DNA of 64,000 bases from Gonapodya sp. JEL0774 (Eukaryota): positions 1 through 64,000 of the forward strand of contig JADIIX010000117.1 in NCBI GenBank assembly GCA_027604505.1. The letters are read 5' to 3'. The position numbers were made by a program, and so were the translations under genes. The notes under the pieces were generated by a model. That model made no database searches. It saw nothing but the letters and a program-made list of their open reading frames with translations, and was not told the origin of the DNA. Numbering within the stretch: the stretch's first letter is position 1; each line of letters begins with the position of its first letter. This document shows positions 50,917-64,000 of the stretch, in pieces.

Positions 50917-51866
50917 ATGAACAACCTACGCCATTGTGTCAGGACCCCGCGACGCAGTATCTTCGATTTGTGCATTTCAAGCTTCGTTTTGTGGAAAGGT
51001 TTGGTCATGTTTATGCCTCAGCTAACTTTCTTTGCGCGCTTCGAAGCAACATTGCTAAGGTCAACGTATTCGGTGAGGTTGTCGGGGTTGGAACGGCTCT
51101 GTCCCACCGAGACCATATGCTTCAGAATGTGGAACGTCTTCTGGGGCTTTGTCCGAAGACCAGCTCAAGAACAACTTGCTCAAAAGATGGCACGGCGATA
51201 GAGCTGATCGAGAGAATCGCCCGAAACGAGAATAGTTTGAGTCTTCATGATGATTTGATGCATTTTCGAGCAATAGGTCACCTCCGCGAAAGCGCTCGAA
51301 ATGCGCACTTGATCCAAGTCTCATCTCCAAGCGACTTACCAAACATGATTCAACGAGAAGTGTGTGGGTTCAGGAGTTTCTCGCTAACAAACCCAGTCCC
51401 TTCATGTCTCCAACTTGGTTTTCCCGACTTCACCAAGCTTCCCGACACAAAAGACACAGGATTCACGAATACTGTTGTAGAGTATGATCTTGAAGAGCCG
51501 CAAATTCGGGAAAATACCCTACCTGCAGAGCTCCGTGGTCGGCATCTCGCTGTCGTATGTAATCCGGCCTACTGCAAAGGAGACATCCTGAAATTTATAG
51601 ATATCCTGATGCATTTCAGATTCCCTTATCAACCGGTTTGCACTGTCCAAATATTCTGAAGGGGGGAAACGGAACGTGGAGGCAGCCCCATGAAGTCCGC
51701 CGACAGCCACCCACACAAACCAAAAAATAATCCAGACATTCAGATTCCCAAACAGCGACCGGTCCCTGCAACATCTGACTGTTCCAAGTAGTGCAAGAAG
51801 ATTTTTGGACTTTCATCGACAGGAACAGGTTGGGAAGACGGGACAGTTGGTGCACCCGGGTAAATC
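50917..51866 (+). CDS. hypothetical spliced ORF(s), possibly 5' exons of the downstream gene
   Basis: 241-aa ORF 50934-51659 with several splice-like signals; no domain recognised. Confidence 0.25.
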
Positions 51867-52003
51867 TGTGACCCTTTTGTTTCGTGTCAGCAAAGGGCAA
51901 AGAAAAGCATCGGTAAGAACCCCCGTTCAAAATGCAGAAATAAATCCCCTATTCCTGATTGCTGTTTCAATTTGACTGCTTAGACTCTGTGCGCCTTCAG
52001 GAT

Positions 52004-55000
52004 ATGGACACTGACCGGATTTTTTCCAACGGGGTTCAGACTGTCAAACTCGAACATCAAGTTTCACAGAAATCCGCAAGCCCGGGAAATGCTCTAGTTT
52101 CTGGCAACTCTTCAGTTTCCGCGAATGGTCAAGGCGCTCCCGGTCTTATTCTGAAGCTGAAGCAAGGGGGGCCAACCCAATCCCTGCCACAAAACGCGCC
52201 GACACAACATCCAAAACAAGATCAACACACTACAGGAGTTCTTTTGCCCAACTCGTACCCGAAGCCAGCAACGGTCCCCGTGTCCGTTTCCCAACCCCCT
52301 TTTGCACCTCCGCCACACTCTGTGCCACAGCGGTCAGGTCCGACTCCATTCCCCACACCCGCTCCCGTCCCAAAACAACCGAAACCGCCACCACCTGAGC
52401 CCGTGCAATGGCTTCGGCTGCCACCAGCAAATTCAACTCCACCACTGGCCACCCACCCAACTTACTATGCGGGTGACGTCATTTGGCTTGTAGATCCCAC
52501 TGTGGGACAGGTGTTCTGGCCCGTCAGAGTGAGTTCACCGCGGATTCAAAGAAATACCATGCGTGTGGGGCCCGGATATATTACCCTGCTTCTCGGGTGT
52601 TGCGACTGACCACCAACCCTGCCTCATTATCTACGGTTCTTCAAATGCGTCAGGTTGCAGCCCCAGAGGAACTTCAGGGCTCCAACAACTGGCCTTGCAT
52701 ATCACACGAAGATCCACAGTGTACCCGCTGCATTCTCGTGAGGAGGTTCTCGGACGGCAACTGGTGAGGGGATTTGCCACTCACAAATCGGATACACACT
52801 CTTCACTCGTGTCTGTTCATTCACAGGTGCAAGCTCCCGCCGTCCATCGCTCCTCAACCTCTTCTTCTCCCTCCTCCTACTGCCTCCCACCGCCCATCTA
52901 TGCCACATCCTCCAGAACGCGACGATATCCGTATATTTCGAAATTTCCCGACCATGAAAAAGCTCCGCGACGGTGCCGTAAAAACGGCACGGAAATTCTG
53001 CGAGTTCCGGCTCAAGAAGCTCGCTCACGGGACCAGTGACGTTCAGTTCGACCCTAGGCAACCCTGGCGTGCGCCTGGTGCGGACGACAGTGGGTTTCCT
53101 TGGCCAAATTCGCCTGCCTTGGATGGTACACCAGCAATCACGTCAGTTGACTACGCCACGTCGGCCCCCCCCTCGACTGCGGGGTCGCCCACACCGTCCA
53201 GCGGTGCCGGGACACCTGCAGCGTCACCAAAGATGGCCGTGGCGCAGGGTGGAGTGAGGGGTCCGGGAATCTCTTCGCAGACATCGGTGCCGAAGAATAC
53301 TGGAGGAGGCTCGGTGAGCCAATCCTACAACCCGAATCCTCCCACAGTACCAAAGCCACCTGGGGCTTCGCCGTATTCAATGGAGAATCCCGCCACTCGA
53401 GTACCACCTGCGAATGTGGTGTGGCAGCACCTCCAGGAGAACCAATCATCTTTGCCACAGAATCAACAGATTCAAATTTCCTCCTCTGCTACCGCTCCGA
53501 CGAACCCACTCGCCTCTCTTCAACCTCCAATTTCCTCCTCCGTATTTGGTCAGGGCGAGGATTCTGATATAATTGTGCAAGAGCGTCCCACCACTCCCAT
53601 GCGTTCGATTTCCCTTGCGGCTGCTAACCTCGTCGCTCCACTGCCCGGGTCCTCCAATTCCGGCGAAACGTACCCGCAAGGGATGCCGTCCCCTGAGGTA
53701 ATAGCAAGCGGCATGACAGTGCCTGCTACGAAACGCGGACGTGGCAGGCCCAGAGGAAGCAGAGGCCGAGGAGCTGGTGCTACCAGGGTGGACTCACAGG
53801 GTGGAGCATTATCGGGCGTCCACCCGATGGCATCGGTCAACGGCGGCCCAAGGAAACGCGGACGACCGTTTGGTTCAGGACGAGGTGGGCGGAAGAAGCG
53901 AGTAAGTTTGAGGAAAAAAATCGTGGTATCTCTGTCCTTTGACGCAGCTGCCTGAATTACCCGGACGTGTGCTGTATAGGACTCGGAGGAGTCCCTTGTC
54001 TCCGAAGGTGACCTCACACCATCCTCTGAGGGTTCCGTTTCTGCTGTTGAATCCGACAATGAGTACACACCACGCGCCCCGGGCGACACTGATTCTGTTA
54101 ACGGAGAGCCGTACGCAGGTTCGTTTGGCGCTCTTCGAGAAGAGAATGGACTGTTCGTAGAAGACCAGCCTGTACGCTCAAGAAGAGGCAGGCCACGGAT
54201 GAGGGGACGGGGTGGTGGGCGTGGGATCGGTCGTGGAAGAGGAAGCTATCATGTAAGGTTGAGCCTCGTACTCTTTCCACATCTTGTCTTTTCATGAGCT
54301 TCATATCAGGTCCCTTCCTCCTCGTATTCCTCCAATGGCCCTTATATTTCACCCTACCCTCAAGACTCCCCGTCGCGGTTTGACATGTCCAATGGTTCGA
54401 TGGGTTTTAGCGCGAACGGGCATTATGGGACATCAGGGTTTGGCTTTAATCCCTATGGATGGGGATTCCCACCGAACCCCTACATGCCTCAATTTCCCTT
54501 GGCGGGGAGGGGTGATGCAACTGGACCAGAGTGGCATGCAGCGGTGGACACCTTCTTGGGGGCGGCAGGATCAGCCAACGCAACTGGGTTTGGACGTACG
54601 ACAGGACAAAGTTCGGGAGCGAAAGAAGTCCCAGCCAGAAAAGGGAGTCTGCCGAAAGAAAAAGGCGAGGGCGAGACAGAGGGAGCAGCTTCTGCAGAAC
54701 CGAAGGGTCAAGGAACTGATGCAGATGTGGATGTGGCTATGGAAGATGTCGAACGCGATACCGCCGCGCATGCCGAACAGATTCCTGGGGTACAAGAGGT
54801 CGTCGTAGGAGGGGCAGTCTCCGTGGCCGAACAGAATGCCGGTGCTGGAGGGCTTGAAGGTGTTGCACCTCCGGATTCGGGTGGTACCGCATTGGGAGTC
54901 CACTCCGAGTACGCTCCGCAAGCGCATTGGGGTGTCGGCTACACCGGGGCGTATGGAGCAGGGTTCAATAATCAGTCTAACGGTGCCTTCCCAATGATGC

Positions 55001-55872
55001 CACCCGTACTACCCCGGGGAGTCAACTTATTCTCCCCGAACGATCCCCCCAACGACGACCCATCGTATGAGAACCCTACTACTGCGCACTTATCCAATCT
55101 GTCGGGTGTAATGGCGACCTTACATTCAACTTACCAGCGAATGGCGTTCCTCGAGTCGTTGGGTGCACACGCACGCACGGCTCTCCAGGGTCTCTCCAAA
55201 CTTAGGGATGAATTGGATATTTCGGAAAGACAGAACGAAACACTACGGGTAGAACGGGGGGAGTATCAGCGAAGGGTCTTCGAGCTTGAAGCGGAACTGG
55301 AGAAATTGAAGGAGGCAGCTCGTGCGAAGGGAACTTTCCAGGACGCTGACGCTGTGGAAGAGGAAGTGGGAAGTGTCCAGCCAGAGGCAACCATGGACGC
55401 CGCCTCGACTCTAGCGGGCTTGGTGGGCACAGAGCGACTTGTTAACCAAGAAGTGGACGGGGAGGGGGAGGAAGAGGACTATGACGGGAGCTATTCCGAA
55501 GGCACTTATGGTCAAAGTGACTGGCGAGGCGAATTTAGAGAAACCGCGTCTCCAGAGGTCCATGTCGCACCGCCCATGCCCCAGGTGTTGGGAAACGGTG
55601 GTGTTTCAGCATTCCGACAGGTCATCGTGCAAGCAACTCCCACCGCAGTCTCACTGCCTGCACGACAATTAACTCCACAAAGTCCAGTTACTGTTGTGAA
55701 ATCTGAGGTGCTTCCTGACACAAACACACTGCCCAATGGGTCAGCTCTTGGACCCGCCAGACCACCATCTTTAGGTGGCACGGATGCAATTATGGACGAA
55801 AGAGACGGGGTCAAAGAGGAAAAGGATCCCGCAGCGGAGTGGTGGGAATCAGTCATTGGTGTAGAGGGATGA
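52004..55872 (+). CDS. PWWP-like + AT-hook chromatin protein with C-terminal coiled coil
   Basis: YYAGDVIW..VFWPVR|VAAPEE..ILVRRFSDGNW|CKL..LRDGAVKTARKF; AT-hooks KRGRGRPRGS and RKRGRPFGS; coiled coil LRDELDISERQNETLRVER..; start may lie further upstream. Confidence 0.65.
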
Positions 55873-56250
55873 GGGTGGTAATCTATTCCTGGCTCAGCAA
55901 TTCTGACTAGAGTGGAGAAGTGGATTCGCAGCGACTCATCGGTCAATACTTTCATACCTATCCAACTGAATTGTAATATATCAACGGAATCTTGTTTGGG
56001 TCTTAAGAGCTTTTTGTGAGCGATTTGACTACTTTGTCCAGTAGTCCAAAGGTATCATGTATAGTACGTTGATTGTTTTTCAAGTACACATATGCACATT
56101 ATTTTCTGAGCGAAGAGGACGTGCTCCTCTTCATGCCAAATTCTACATGCAAAGGTAACCATTGTTCACTCGCACAAACCATGTCCCACACCATTTGGCG
56201 GCATGCGGTAGCCCACAGACAAAGCAACGTACGTTAGTTCGTAATGTCCA

Positions 56251-59200
56251 TCAATAGTCCCTTCTCGTCCTTTCAACTTCCCCCGACTTTCGACTTTGGC
56301 GGTGTCCTCCTCCTCCTTCGCCGTCGTATCTGGATGATCGTTTTTCCGATCGCGGATCCGTCGATTTGCTTCGGGGCTTTTTCTTTTTTTCCTTCTCCAC
56401 TGGCGAAGAGGACACTATGGGGGATGACGCGGGAGAGTACTCATCAATCCCGGGCACGGGTACTGGAAGTGCTCGGGAACTGCGTCCTTGTCCAGTTGCG
56501 GCCTTACGCTGGCGAGGCGGAGGCACGGGCGATGGGGAACCGGCGGGATAAGACTTACTGGCGGAAGTGCTGATGGGTGGTGGGAAGAAGGGGGATGAGC
56601 CAACGGGTGAGGGGAGTGGCGAGGGTTGCTGAGTGGTGATGTCCAAATGGTCGCCGAGGACAGCGGACTGGAACGACATTGGTGAGGGGCTCACACCGGC
56701 AAACACGCCGGTCCGAAATATATAGAAAGCTCACCTCCAACCCCCGCAGCACTCTCACAACATCTGGCGTCGGAGGTGGTTCATCAGGGTACCCATCACC
56801 CGCTCCCGGCACTGACAAACCACTATTATTTCCGTTCGGAAGCCCATTGGGACGTGATGACTGCGTGTAAGAAGATGGCGGTTGCTGCTTGTACGAGGCC
56901 TGTTGAGTGTACGGTGACTGTTGCATGTAAGGCGACTGAGTTTGATACGGTTGTTGTTGAGGTTGTTGCTGTTGCTGACTCCTTCCCTGTCCGGATTGCT
57001 GCTGCTGCTGCTGTTGTTGCTGTTGATGGTGTGGCGCTCCTTGACCACCGTACCCGTTTCGAGAACTCTTCTCCTCATAACCCATATCGTGCTGCTCGCC
57101 CCCCCACATCTCCTCCCTAACCTTTTCCCTGTATTCTGCCACAGGAACCGGATCAGGAAAACGACCGTTGACGGGGCTGGATACGATGGAGAAGGAGAGG
57201 GAAGGACGGCCTGGTTGGTCAATTGAGGGGCGGTTAGGATGATCGAATGAGTCTGACGGCGAATTTTGTATCGGCGGAGATGCAGGTGGGTATCGGAATT
57301 GGGGGGCAGCTGAGTGGCGAGAAGGCTCAGTTAGACTTTGGGAATAGTGCTTGTTTAAACCATCCTGGCTCATGTTGTGCGGGAGGCAATCCGGTGCTCC
57401 CCATGCAACCACAACAACATAGAAACTAACCCGCATCTGCGTTTCTCTCCTGGACAATTCTCTTAAGATCCGCAATCTCCTCCCTCTGCGCCTTGACCTT
57501 TTTCTCCATATCTTGGGATTTGGCCTCCACTGACCGCTCCTTCTCCTCGAGTGAAGCCGTCTCCTTCTCCGCCGCTGCCAGACGCGCGTGGAGATTTTCC
57601 ATACGTGCACGTCGATCATCTGGTGGCGATGTGGGAGCACTGGAATGCGACGCGGCAGACCAGGACGGAGAGATGTTGTCCGGAGTACCGTTCCCATTGA
57701 TGAGTGTCAAGGCCGATGATGACGCTGTGAGGGAGCGTGGGTGAATTGGGTTCGGCGAAGAAGATGCAGAGTTGTAATTGGAAGTGCTGGGCGTGATGGC
57801 GCCCACTGTGCGGGAGCGGCGTGATGGCGGAAACATGTGGGACATGGAGGCTGCGGTTGTGGGAGTGAGGTACCCATTTGCGCCACTGGGGTTTGGTGCT
57901 GCGTACGATGATATAGGACCTGGAGATTCAGAGCGATTGCGGGCAGGGCTGGGGCTGACAGAGCGGGAGAAGGCACCACTGTTTGGTCGCATGTTGTTGG
58001 AGGAGGCAGATGTTCGGGTGGGAGAGAAGGAGTTGCGAGTCGGAGAGAATGAAGTGCGTGTTGGGGAGAAAGAAGAAAAGGAATTTCGGGAAGTGCGATT
58101 GTTGGAGGGTGCGGGCATGGAGCGGTACGTTTCGAGAAGGTTGATGAAGTCCTCTGGTGCGGATTGTCGGCCGCTGAGACTCCCACCCGTGTTGGTGCGC
58201 GGCAGCGATCGAGGTTTGGGGCTTTCCATGGACCTATCGCGCTGATCGCTTGCGAATTTGTGGGCGGCGTCGAGTGACGAGTCGAGAACCGCCGCGCCGT
58301 GTTTGAGTAAAGTCGCCACGACCTCCAGCGAGGGCTGTAGGGTCACTTCCATGTGGGTATCAATGTCGCGTTCGGGGCTGATGAGGGATACGCGAGATCC
58401 GTGCGGGTTGAAAGGGAGCGTGCCGGAGAAGAGGGCGAGGTCGAGAGCCGAAGGGAACGAGGGGTTGTGGGACCAGCGGCGGTCCCAGTCTTCTTCACGC
58501 CAGCTTGGAGAGGCATGAGATATTTTCCAGTCGATGGGTAGGTTTGGGTCAGCGCCTTTTTGGAAAGGGAGGAGGGTTGGTTGAGACGACGTGAAAGTGT
58601 TGATCCCAGTGGAAACAACGACAGAAACATTAACGGAGGAAAACACGACATTGTAAAAGTTATTAAAGAACCCAGCACTTCATTGTGTAGACGGTGAACT
58701 CGATCACACCTCGGAACCATCGAAAAGATCAGGTAAGATCGCGTGGTGATGATGTGCGTATGGACACAGGAGACACACAGAGAATCAAGAGTCACAAGCT
58801 CCAGAGAGTTACTACACACGGACACAGTTCTTGGCTTCACTGAGGGCGCGCGGGGCTATCTCTGTGCTTCTTCCCGTCTTCTCTCAAGCCAAGGTCAGAT
58901 ATATCTCAATCCTGGGGAAAACTCCTTATTCTTCCTTCCAGCCGCCATAATCCCACCAAATTGAAGCGGCATAATGCATCGTAGCTTGCACCAGAGGCTA
59001 CTTGTTATAGCAAAGGAAATTCGGTCTGCAAGAAGCTGCAGCTCACCTGCCTCAAGGAGAAACCCGACAAGATCAGGTTTTCCCTCGCGGATTGCGATTG
59101 CCAGCGCAGACTCGGCCCAGATGACCTCCTTCTTCCTGCCAAACATGCCCAGTTTCACCTGGAGCGTCACTCTTTTTCTCGCCTGTGGGTCTGCACCGTC

Positions 59201-59284
59201 CTTGATTGCAAGCTGCATCAATCGCAAAGACTGCTCCTCCGTTCCCTGGATCAGCCGGCGACTTGCTTCCTCCACGGCGCTCAT
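56251..59284 (-). CDS. ankyrin-like N-terminal domain protein with Ser-rich region, coiled coil and polyQ tract
   Basis: AIKDGADPQA..ESALAIAIREGKPDLVGFLLEA|GADPNLP..SALDLAL..VVATLLKHGA; coiled coil ENLHARLAAAEKE..; four exons. Confidence 0.7.
56945..57025. repeat. CAG/CAA trinucleotide tract encoding polyQ
   Basis: (gtt/gct)n on the + strand; HHQQQQQQQQQQSGQGRSQQQQQPQQQ. Confidence 0.85.
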
Positions 59285-60448
59285 TTTTCAAGTGGTATCG
59301 GCGCTCAATCCTCGAAACGCAAAGTTATATTTTTATGGTTTGAACTTTCAGGGGGGATAACAGCAGTACAAGTGAACTCAAGGGGCCGCCCCACCCCAAC
59401 AACATATCCGCCTTTTCACCCACCTTTCACCTGCCTCCAAAAAGCTGTCGCCCTGTCACCAAACCGCCGCTGCGCATTCGCTTTTTCGGACGAGCTCGCG
59501 AAATCGATGGTGGAATTTTCTGATCTTTTATTATTATATGTTTCCCTTCAGTTGCAATAATGAGCGCCTCACAGCGGGCCTCGGAGAAAGTTCCCATTCC
59601 CAATCTGTTCTCGTGAGGCCACGCCCCCACTCTCATGGCTGGTGAAAAGTACATTCTCAAATGTTTCCTGCTTGTCATATTCTCACGAGAAAGCGAGCAG
59701 ACTGTTTCGTAGAGGTGTTTGACTTCCCGTTCCCTTCTCCTCCCCCTTTCCCTTATCTTTCCAGGAATAAGTTCATACTCTTACTCGCATACAGAACCGC
59801 TTTGGTGTTACCCCGCTCAAGGATCAGGAATGTTTTGGGTTGGGTGACTGGGCTCTGTCCGTGACTGCCCCCCTCAAACAATTCCGATCGGCGATTTAAT
59901 AAAGAGACACCTCCAACAACAAGGAAACATATTCCAAACCGTCTAAATATAAGTCCGTGCATTTTACAAGTAGGTCATAGCAATGCATCTCTCTTTAGGA
60001 GAATCATGCCCCCCAATGCTGAGTGTGGGGGGAGCATTATTATGTCGCAGAGGCATGAAACGTTCTTCCAATAACTAATTTGATGTTATTTTGAGGGTTA
60101 TATGATTCGGATGTTGTTGTGAATCAATAGTGGGGCCTCGAAAATGTGAGGGCCGAGGGGCCGTGCGCTGAGTCCACGTATGATATCACATCAGAGTAGT
60201 CTGGTGCGGCAGATCTGTACGAGTGCTAGGAAGATAACTTTTTGATATTGGGTTGTCGTATCTTGCACTGTACGCCGGTCTCTGCACCTGGAGCGTGAGT
60301 GCTGCCGAACGAGCCTAACATCAGAGGGAAACTACAGAAAACGACTCTGTCAAATTGTGACAAGCATAGGTATACAAGATATTTGCTCCTCCTTGTCAGT
60401 CGTGCTGACTTAAGTAATTGTCCTTTCTCAAAGAACCTGCCATGCGAG

Positions 60449-62355
60449 TCAAACAAAGTAACTACTTGATCTGTTTATGCAAAAGCATTGTTCTTTCCTT
60501 CGTGGTTTGATTGTGTTCAGGGAAGCCCTCGACGTTTTCGGAGCCCATATGTCCTGGCGACACCGACAGAGCATCTGCCTACGTATAGCTTGCGGAAAAC
60601 CGACCCGCCTTCGTTCGATTGTGGTTTCCACTATTTGCAGAGTCGTAAATCGACATGTCTTCATTGAATAAAGTGCTGGTGCCCTTTGTATCATCGTGGG
60701 CAGTGGCAAGTCGCACGGCACACAACCGTCGAGGGCAAGTTCGAGAGCATCCAATGGCTTTGGCGGAATTTTGCGAAAAGGGTCATGAGCGTGGAAGTAG
60801 ATCAAGAACGGGATGAGTTGGTTCTCGACTCTGCGAATCAGCAGTCTCGGTTTTGATTTTGCAGTACCATAGACTTTGAGTGACTCCAAACTCACATCCA
60901 ACCCAAAAAGTGCGCTCTTCTTCTCCTAAGTCACACTTGTTTCCCCTCATATGTGTATTTTTTTCACCCAGAAGAAGAACACCTTGTCATGACCAGACAT
61001 TACAATTGTGCCTCAACCGTGCGGATATGTGGAAGTGGAACTCACCGCACGCACCAGCTCTCGTAACGGCTGGTTTCACTCAACTATCGAAAGCGGGCGG
61101 GGTTGCAACGAAGGAGGAAAATCATAGATCGTTGAACTTGTAGTAAACATTTGTCACAGAGCAGCGAGGCTCACCTTGGCCCAGCCAACTCATTTTCTAG
61201 CAGAGCACAGACTCCAAATCTCCGCGCTCTCGAACCACGGAACAAGATTTCATTCTCCACCCGGCGTGCTTCCCCAGATCCAGTCGAGGTTGAGGACTGT
61301 GCCCAACTGCACAAACCAAGCTGCGGCTTCTCTTCATCAACGCCTCGGAATACCAAAGCTATTTCAGCCCGATGACAGCCCGAGCTCCCGCTCGTGGGTA
61401 CGAATTCAAAACTCACGACCTCGAAGTTGCTTTCCGTGTGAATGTCGCTGGAGGGATCGAGTGGCTTTTTCATTTCGATCGGTTCGAAGAATATCGGGGA
61501 ACGAGCGGAAAATGTGCGAGTTACAGGACATACAGAGCTACCAAGGGGCAGGAGAGGGCCGTTCCATTCCTTGTAGTTATCCCTATCCATGACTACCAAG
61601 GGGCAGGAGAGGGCCGCTCCATTCCTAGTAGTTATCCCACCAAGGGGGCAGGATACGGCCACTCCATTCCTGGAAGTTCTGAAAAGCACTGAATAAGAAG
61701 AAAGTCGACCGCATTCTGAACGTTGCCACTGCGGGCCGTGAAAGCGACATTTGGATGATGCATTTCTCCACAAAGCAGATTGCGCTGGAAACGGCAGTAA
61801 AGGTGAACCCAAAACGGATGACTGCCGGCTGCGAATATCCGTCCGCGTCCGGAACATAGAATTGGGAGTGAAATGATACGAAATTGTAAGAGGTAGACAA
61901 AAGAAGGTCTTTGTAGTTGTTGCGATTGTAAGCTTCGTACTTAAGCGCCAATGGTCATCACGGAAGTGCGTGATCCGTCCATTCCCTGAGAACGAGTTCG
62001 TGCGCTCAACCTCCCTGACGGACACCTTTGTCCAGTTGTTCAAGAGTCGGAGCCCCGGAGTTCCAACGTCGATTTTACGAGAGCCACCTCCATGGCTGTA
62101 CTTGAGAGATTCGCGCGTTCTTGAGAGATTGATGCGTTCCTTCTTTGATTCTTCATATTTCATCCATTCATTTTCCTCCCTCGTTCTTCTTTGGACTCGA
62201 GATGAAAGCTTCGTTCTTTTGGTCCGTGATCTGTCTTCTTGGGTCGACTTCATCCCTACAGTCCGGTGTTGTACGCCGTACGGTTTGTAGTGTGCCCTCA
62301 GTATCTTGTACAACTTGCGTGTCCATTTGCCCGCTGTTCGACGCGGTGCAGCCAT
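60449..62355 (-). other. possible decayed or unannotatable gene region (394-aa and 150-aa ORFs)
   Basis: Long ORF 61171-62355 ends at a GTGAG donor; no domain recognised. Confidence 0.2.
61538..61676. repeat. three degenerate ~46-bp direct repeats
   Basis: ctaccaaggggcaggagagggccg[t/c]tccattcct[t/a]gtagttatccc at 61538 and 61593; degenerate third copy at 61639. Confidence 0.85.
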
Positions 62356-63035
62356 TCCCTTACATCCGGATGCAAGGAGCCTATTTCATCACGAAGATCC
62401 CGAAACTCGAAGTTAATTTCGACACGGAATAGGCGGGTGGGCTACTCCGACTCCCACCAAATGCGGTGGCTGGAAATGGTGATGCTCATTGCGGGGAGGG
62501 CATGGTAATAAGAGGTGTTTTCGTCGATTGAGGTGGGAATGTGGAGAGGGATACGGTGACGATGGGTGGTGTATCCTCCGACTTTGGTGTCGGAATCGAA
62601 GCGGTAGTGTAGGAGTCCCGCCCCCCCCTTTTAGTGCGCCCTCACCCCCCCTCCTGCTATGAGCGGACCACCCCAACAAAATGCACAGTACTAAACAAGT
62701 TGCACCAAAATCAAGTATGCGTTGGTTGCCCAAACCAACTCACTCTTCATTTGGGTGCAACTTGTGTAGACCTCTCCTTGCTGCTGTAGCTCTTCCCTGT
62801 TCGATTCCCCCTTCTCGTTACGATGCAAATCTTCCGCAGCACTACGCGCGATGGATTCGTCGTCCTTGAGGAAACCGAATTTTCTGATTGATAATTACGG
62901 CATTCCCTTCTCCCCTCCCTTCTCATTCAAAACGAATACACGATAGTTGGAGCATCTCGGTCAATACATTTCACTCAAAAGCACGGAATGATGTTCCGCA
63001 TTCCCAGAATCAGAAATTCAATATCATTTCCACTG

Positions 63036-64000
63036 TCAACTCGTCCCAATACCCAGTCCAGAGGTGATATCTCCCGTTCTCCTTCTCCGTCCCTCTATCC
63101 TTTCCCTCCTTGCAGCGTCTCTGTCCCGATCGTTTCTTCCCATACTCTCCACAATGGAAGCCATCGCGTCCCTTTCTCGTCTCAATCCTTCAATCTCCCC
63201 ACGCTGAAGTTTGACCAGTGTCTCCAAGTCCTCCTTCTCCCGCTTTAACTGCTCAATCTCCGCCTTGTGAGCCGAAACAGCATGCTCCAGCATCAAGTGC
63301 GCTGCAGACGGATTCCCAGACGTCACACTGCTCGCCCCGTTCACAGATCCCGTTGTGGCTGCTGCATGCTGCGGTGTACTTGCAGTGCCGGTCGCGGAAC
63401 CTCCTGCCACTGACCCGACAGCACCTGCAACGGCCCACATCGCTTGCGTTACTGCAGACACTTTTCTCGTCGGTGTAGTACTGGCGGCTGACGACGGCAC
63501 AACCGAACTTTCATTGCCTTTGCCCATCTGTCCACGACCTCCGGAACTCTGCTGAGACGCAGAGACACGCCTTGGCGTTTTTTCGCTTGCTTCTGCCGCC
63601 TTTTGCGATCTTGGTTGCGTCTTGCCTGCTTTCCACGACTCCACGACCTGCCCAACCTCCTTCTCGCCGCAACGATCCCTGTAGCTCTCCGCCAGCTGAA
63701 GCACCGATAAGCAGCTTGCTTCATCTCGGCACACATTTCCCCCCCTCATGGCGTCCAGAATTCTTTCTGTATCTTGCGTCACGACCACAAACGCCGCCGC
63801 TTGCTGCATTACCGCACAACTGATGCGTACCAGAACAGGCAGAGGGTGGTACTTTGTAGGTCGGTCGGGATCGTCAGTCCCGAGCACGAGAAGGTCCCAC
63901 ACCCGCTCTACGAACCCACGAGGGAACGACGAGGCGAACAATGTGAGTGCCCACTGGGCGGCATACGATGCGGGCGCGATGCCGACGTTGTCGAGGTGGT
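63036..64000 (-). CDS. TBC-domain Rab GTPase-activating protein, C-terminal part (5' end outside window)
   Basis: HLDNVGIAPASYAAQWALTLFASSFPRGFVERVWDLLVLG..VLVRISCAVM, then a C-terminal coiled coil. Confidence 0.85.
   Translation of the reverse strand, partial: HLDNVGIAPASYAAQWALTLFASSFPRGFVERVWDLLVLGTDDPDRPTKYHPLPVLVRISCAVMQQAAAFVVVTQDTERILDAMRGGNVCRDEASCLSVLQLAESYRDRCGEKEVGQVVESWKAGKTQPRSQKAAEASEKTPRRVSASQQSSGGRGQMGKGNESSVVPSSAASTTPTRKVSAVTQAMWAVAGAVGSVAGGSATGTASTPQHAAATTGSVNGASSVTSGNPSAAHLMLEHAVSAHKAEIEQLKREKEDLETLVKLQRGEIEGLRRERDAMASIVESMGRNDRDRDAARRERIEGRRRRTGDITSGLGIGTS

Noticed and set aside
52529..52653. Possible non-canonical CG acceptor in the PWWP/AT-hook gene
   Set aside because: A canonical in-frame CAG at 52653 explains the junction.
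61538..61676. CRISPR array
   Set aside because: Only three units, with spacers of 9 and 0 bp.
1..64000. tRNA, rRNA or transposase/reverse-transcriptase genes
   Set aside because: None recognisable by eye; tRNAscan-SE/Infernal and a repeat library would be needed to exclude them.

Overview
Eukaryotic, intron-rich fungal DNA (short GT-AG introns; gene content suggests an early-diverging, chytrid-like fungus, which is inference only). Apparently intact genes: an amidohydrolase-2 lactonase-like gene, NUS1, a non-RD kinase-SEL1 gene, FANCM/Mph1 helicase, an NCS1 (Fur4/Dal4-like) permease, a Dcg1-like hydantoin/allantoin racemase, a UDP-galactose transporter, two PWWP-like chromatin proteins, a TPR-like protein, an ankyrin/polyQ protein and the 3' end of a TBC Rab-GAP. 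Between them lie several lesioned genes: a U1-70K/35K-like RRM, a second kinase-SEL1, a dynamin-like fragment, a RING relic, an F-box gene and a TOK K+ channel with an in-frame TGA. The standout, reconstructed by hand-splicing 6393-11172 (-), is a single gene fusing signal peptide + class I heme peroxidase + DOMON + cytochrome b561 + cytochrome b5 + FAD/NAD(P)H reductase. That would be a one-polypeptide electron wire from cytosolic NAD(P)H to an extracellular peroxidase fold. This copy has three frameshifts, two non-AG splice acceptors and a distal His->Gln change. All domain calls come from manual motif recognition; no database searches were run.
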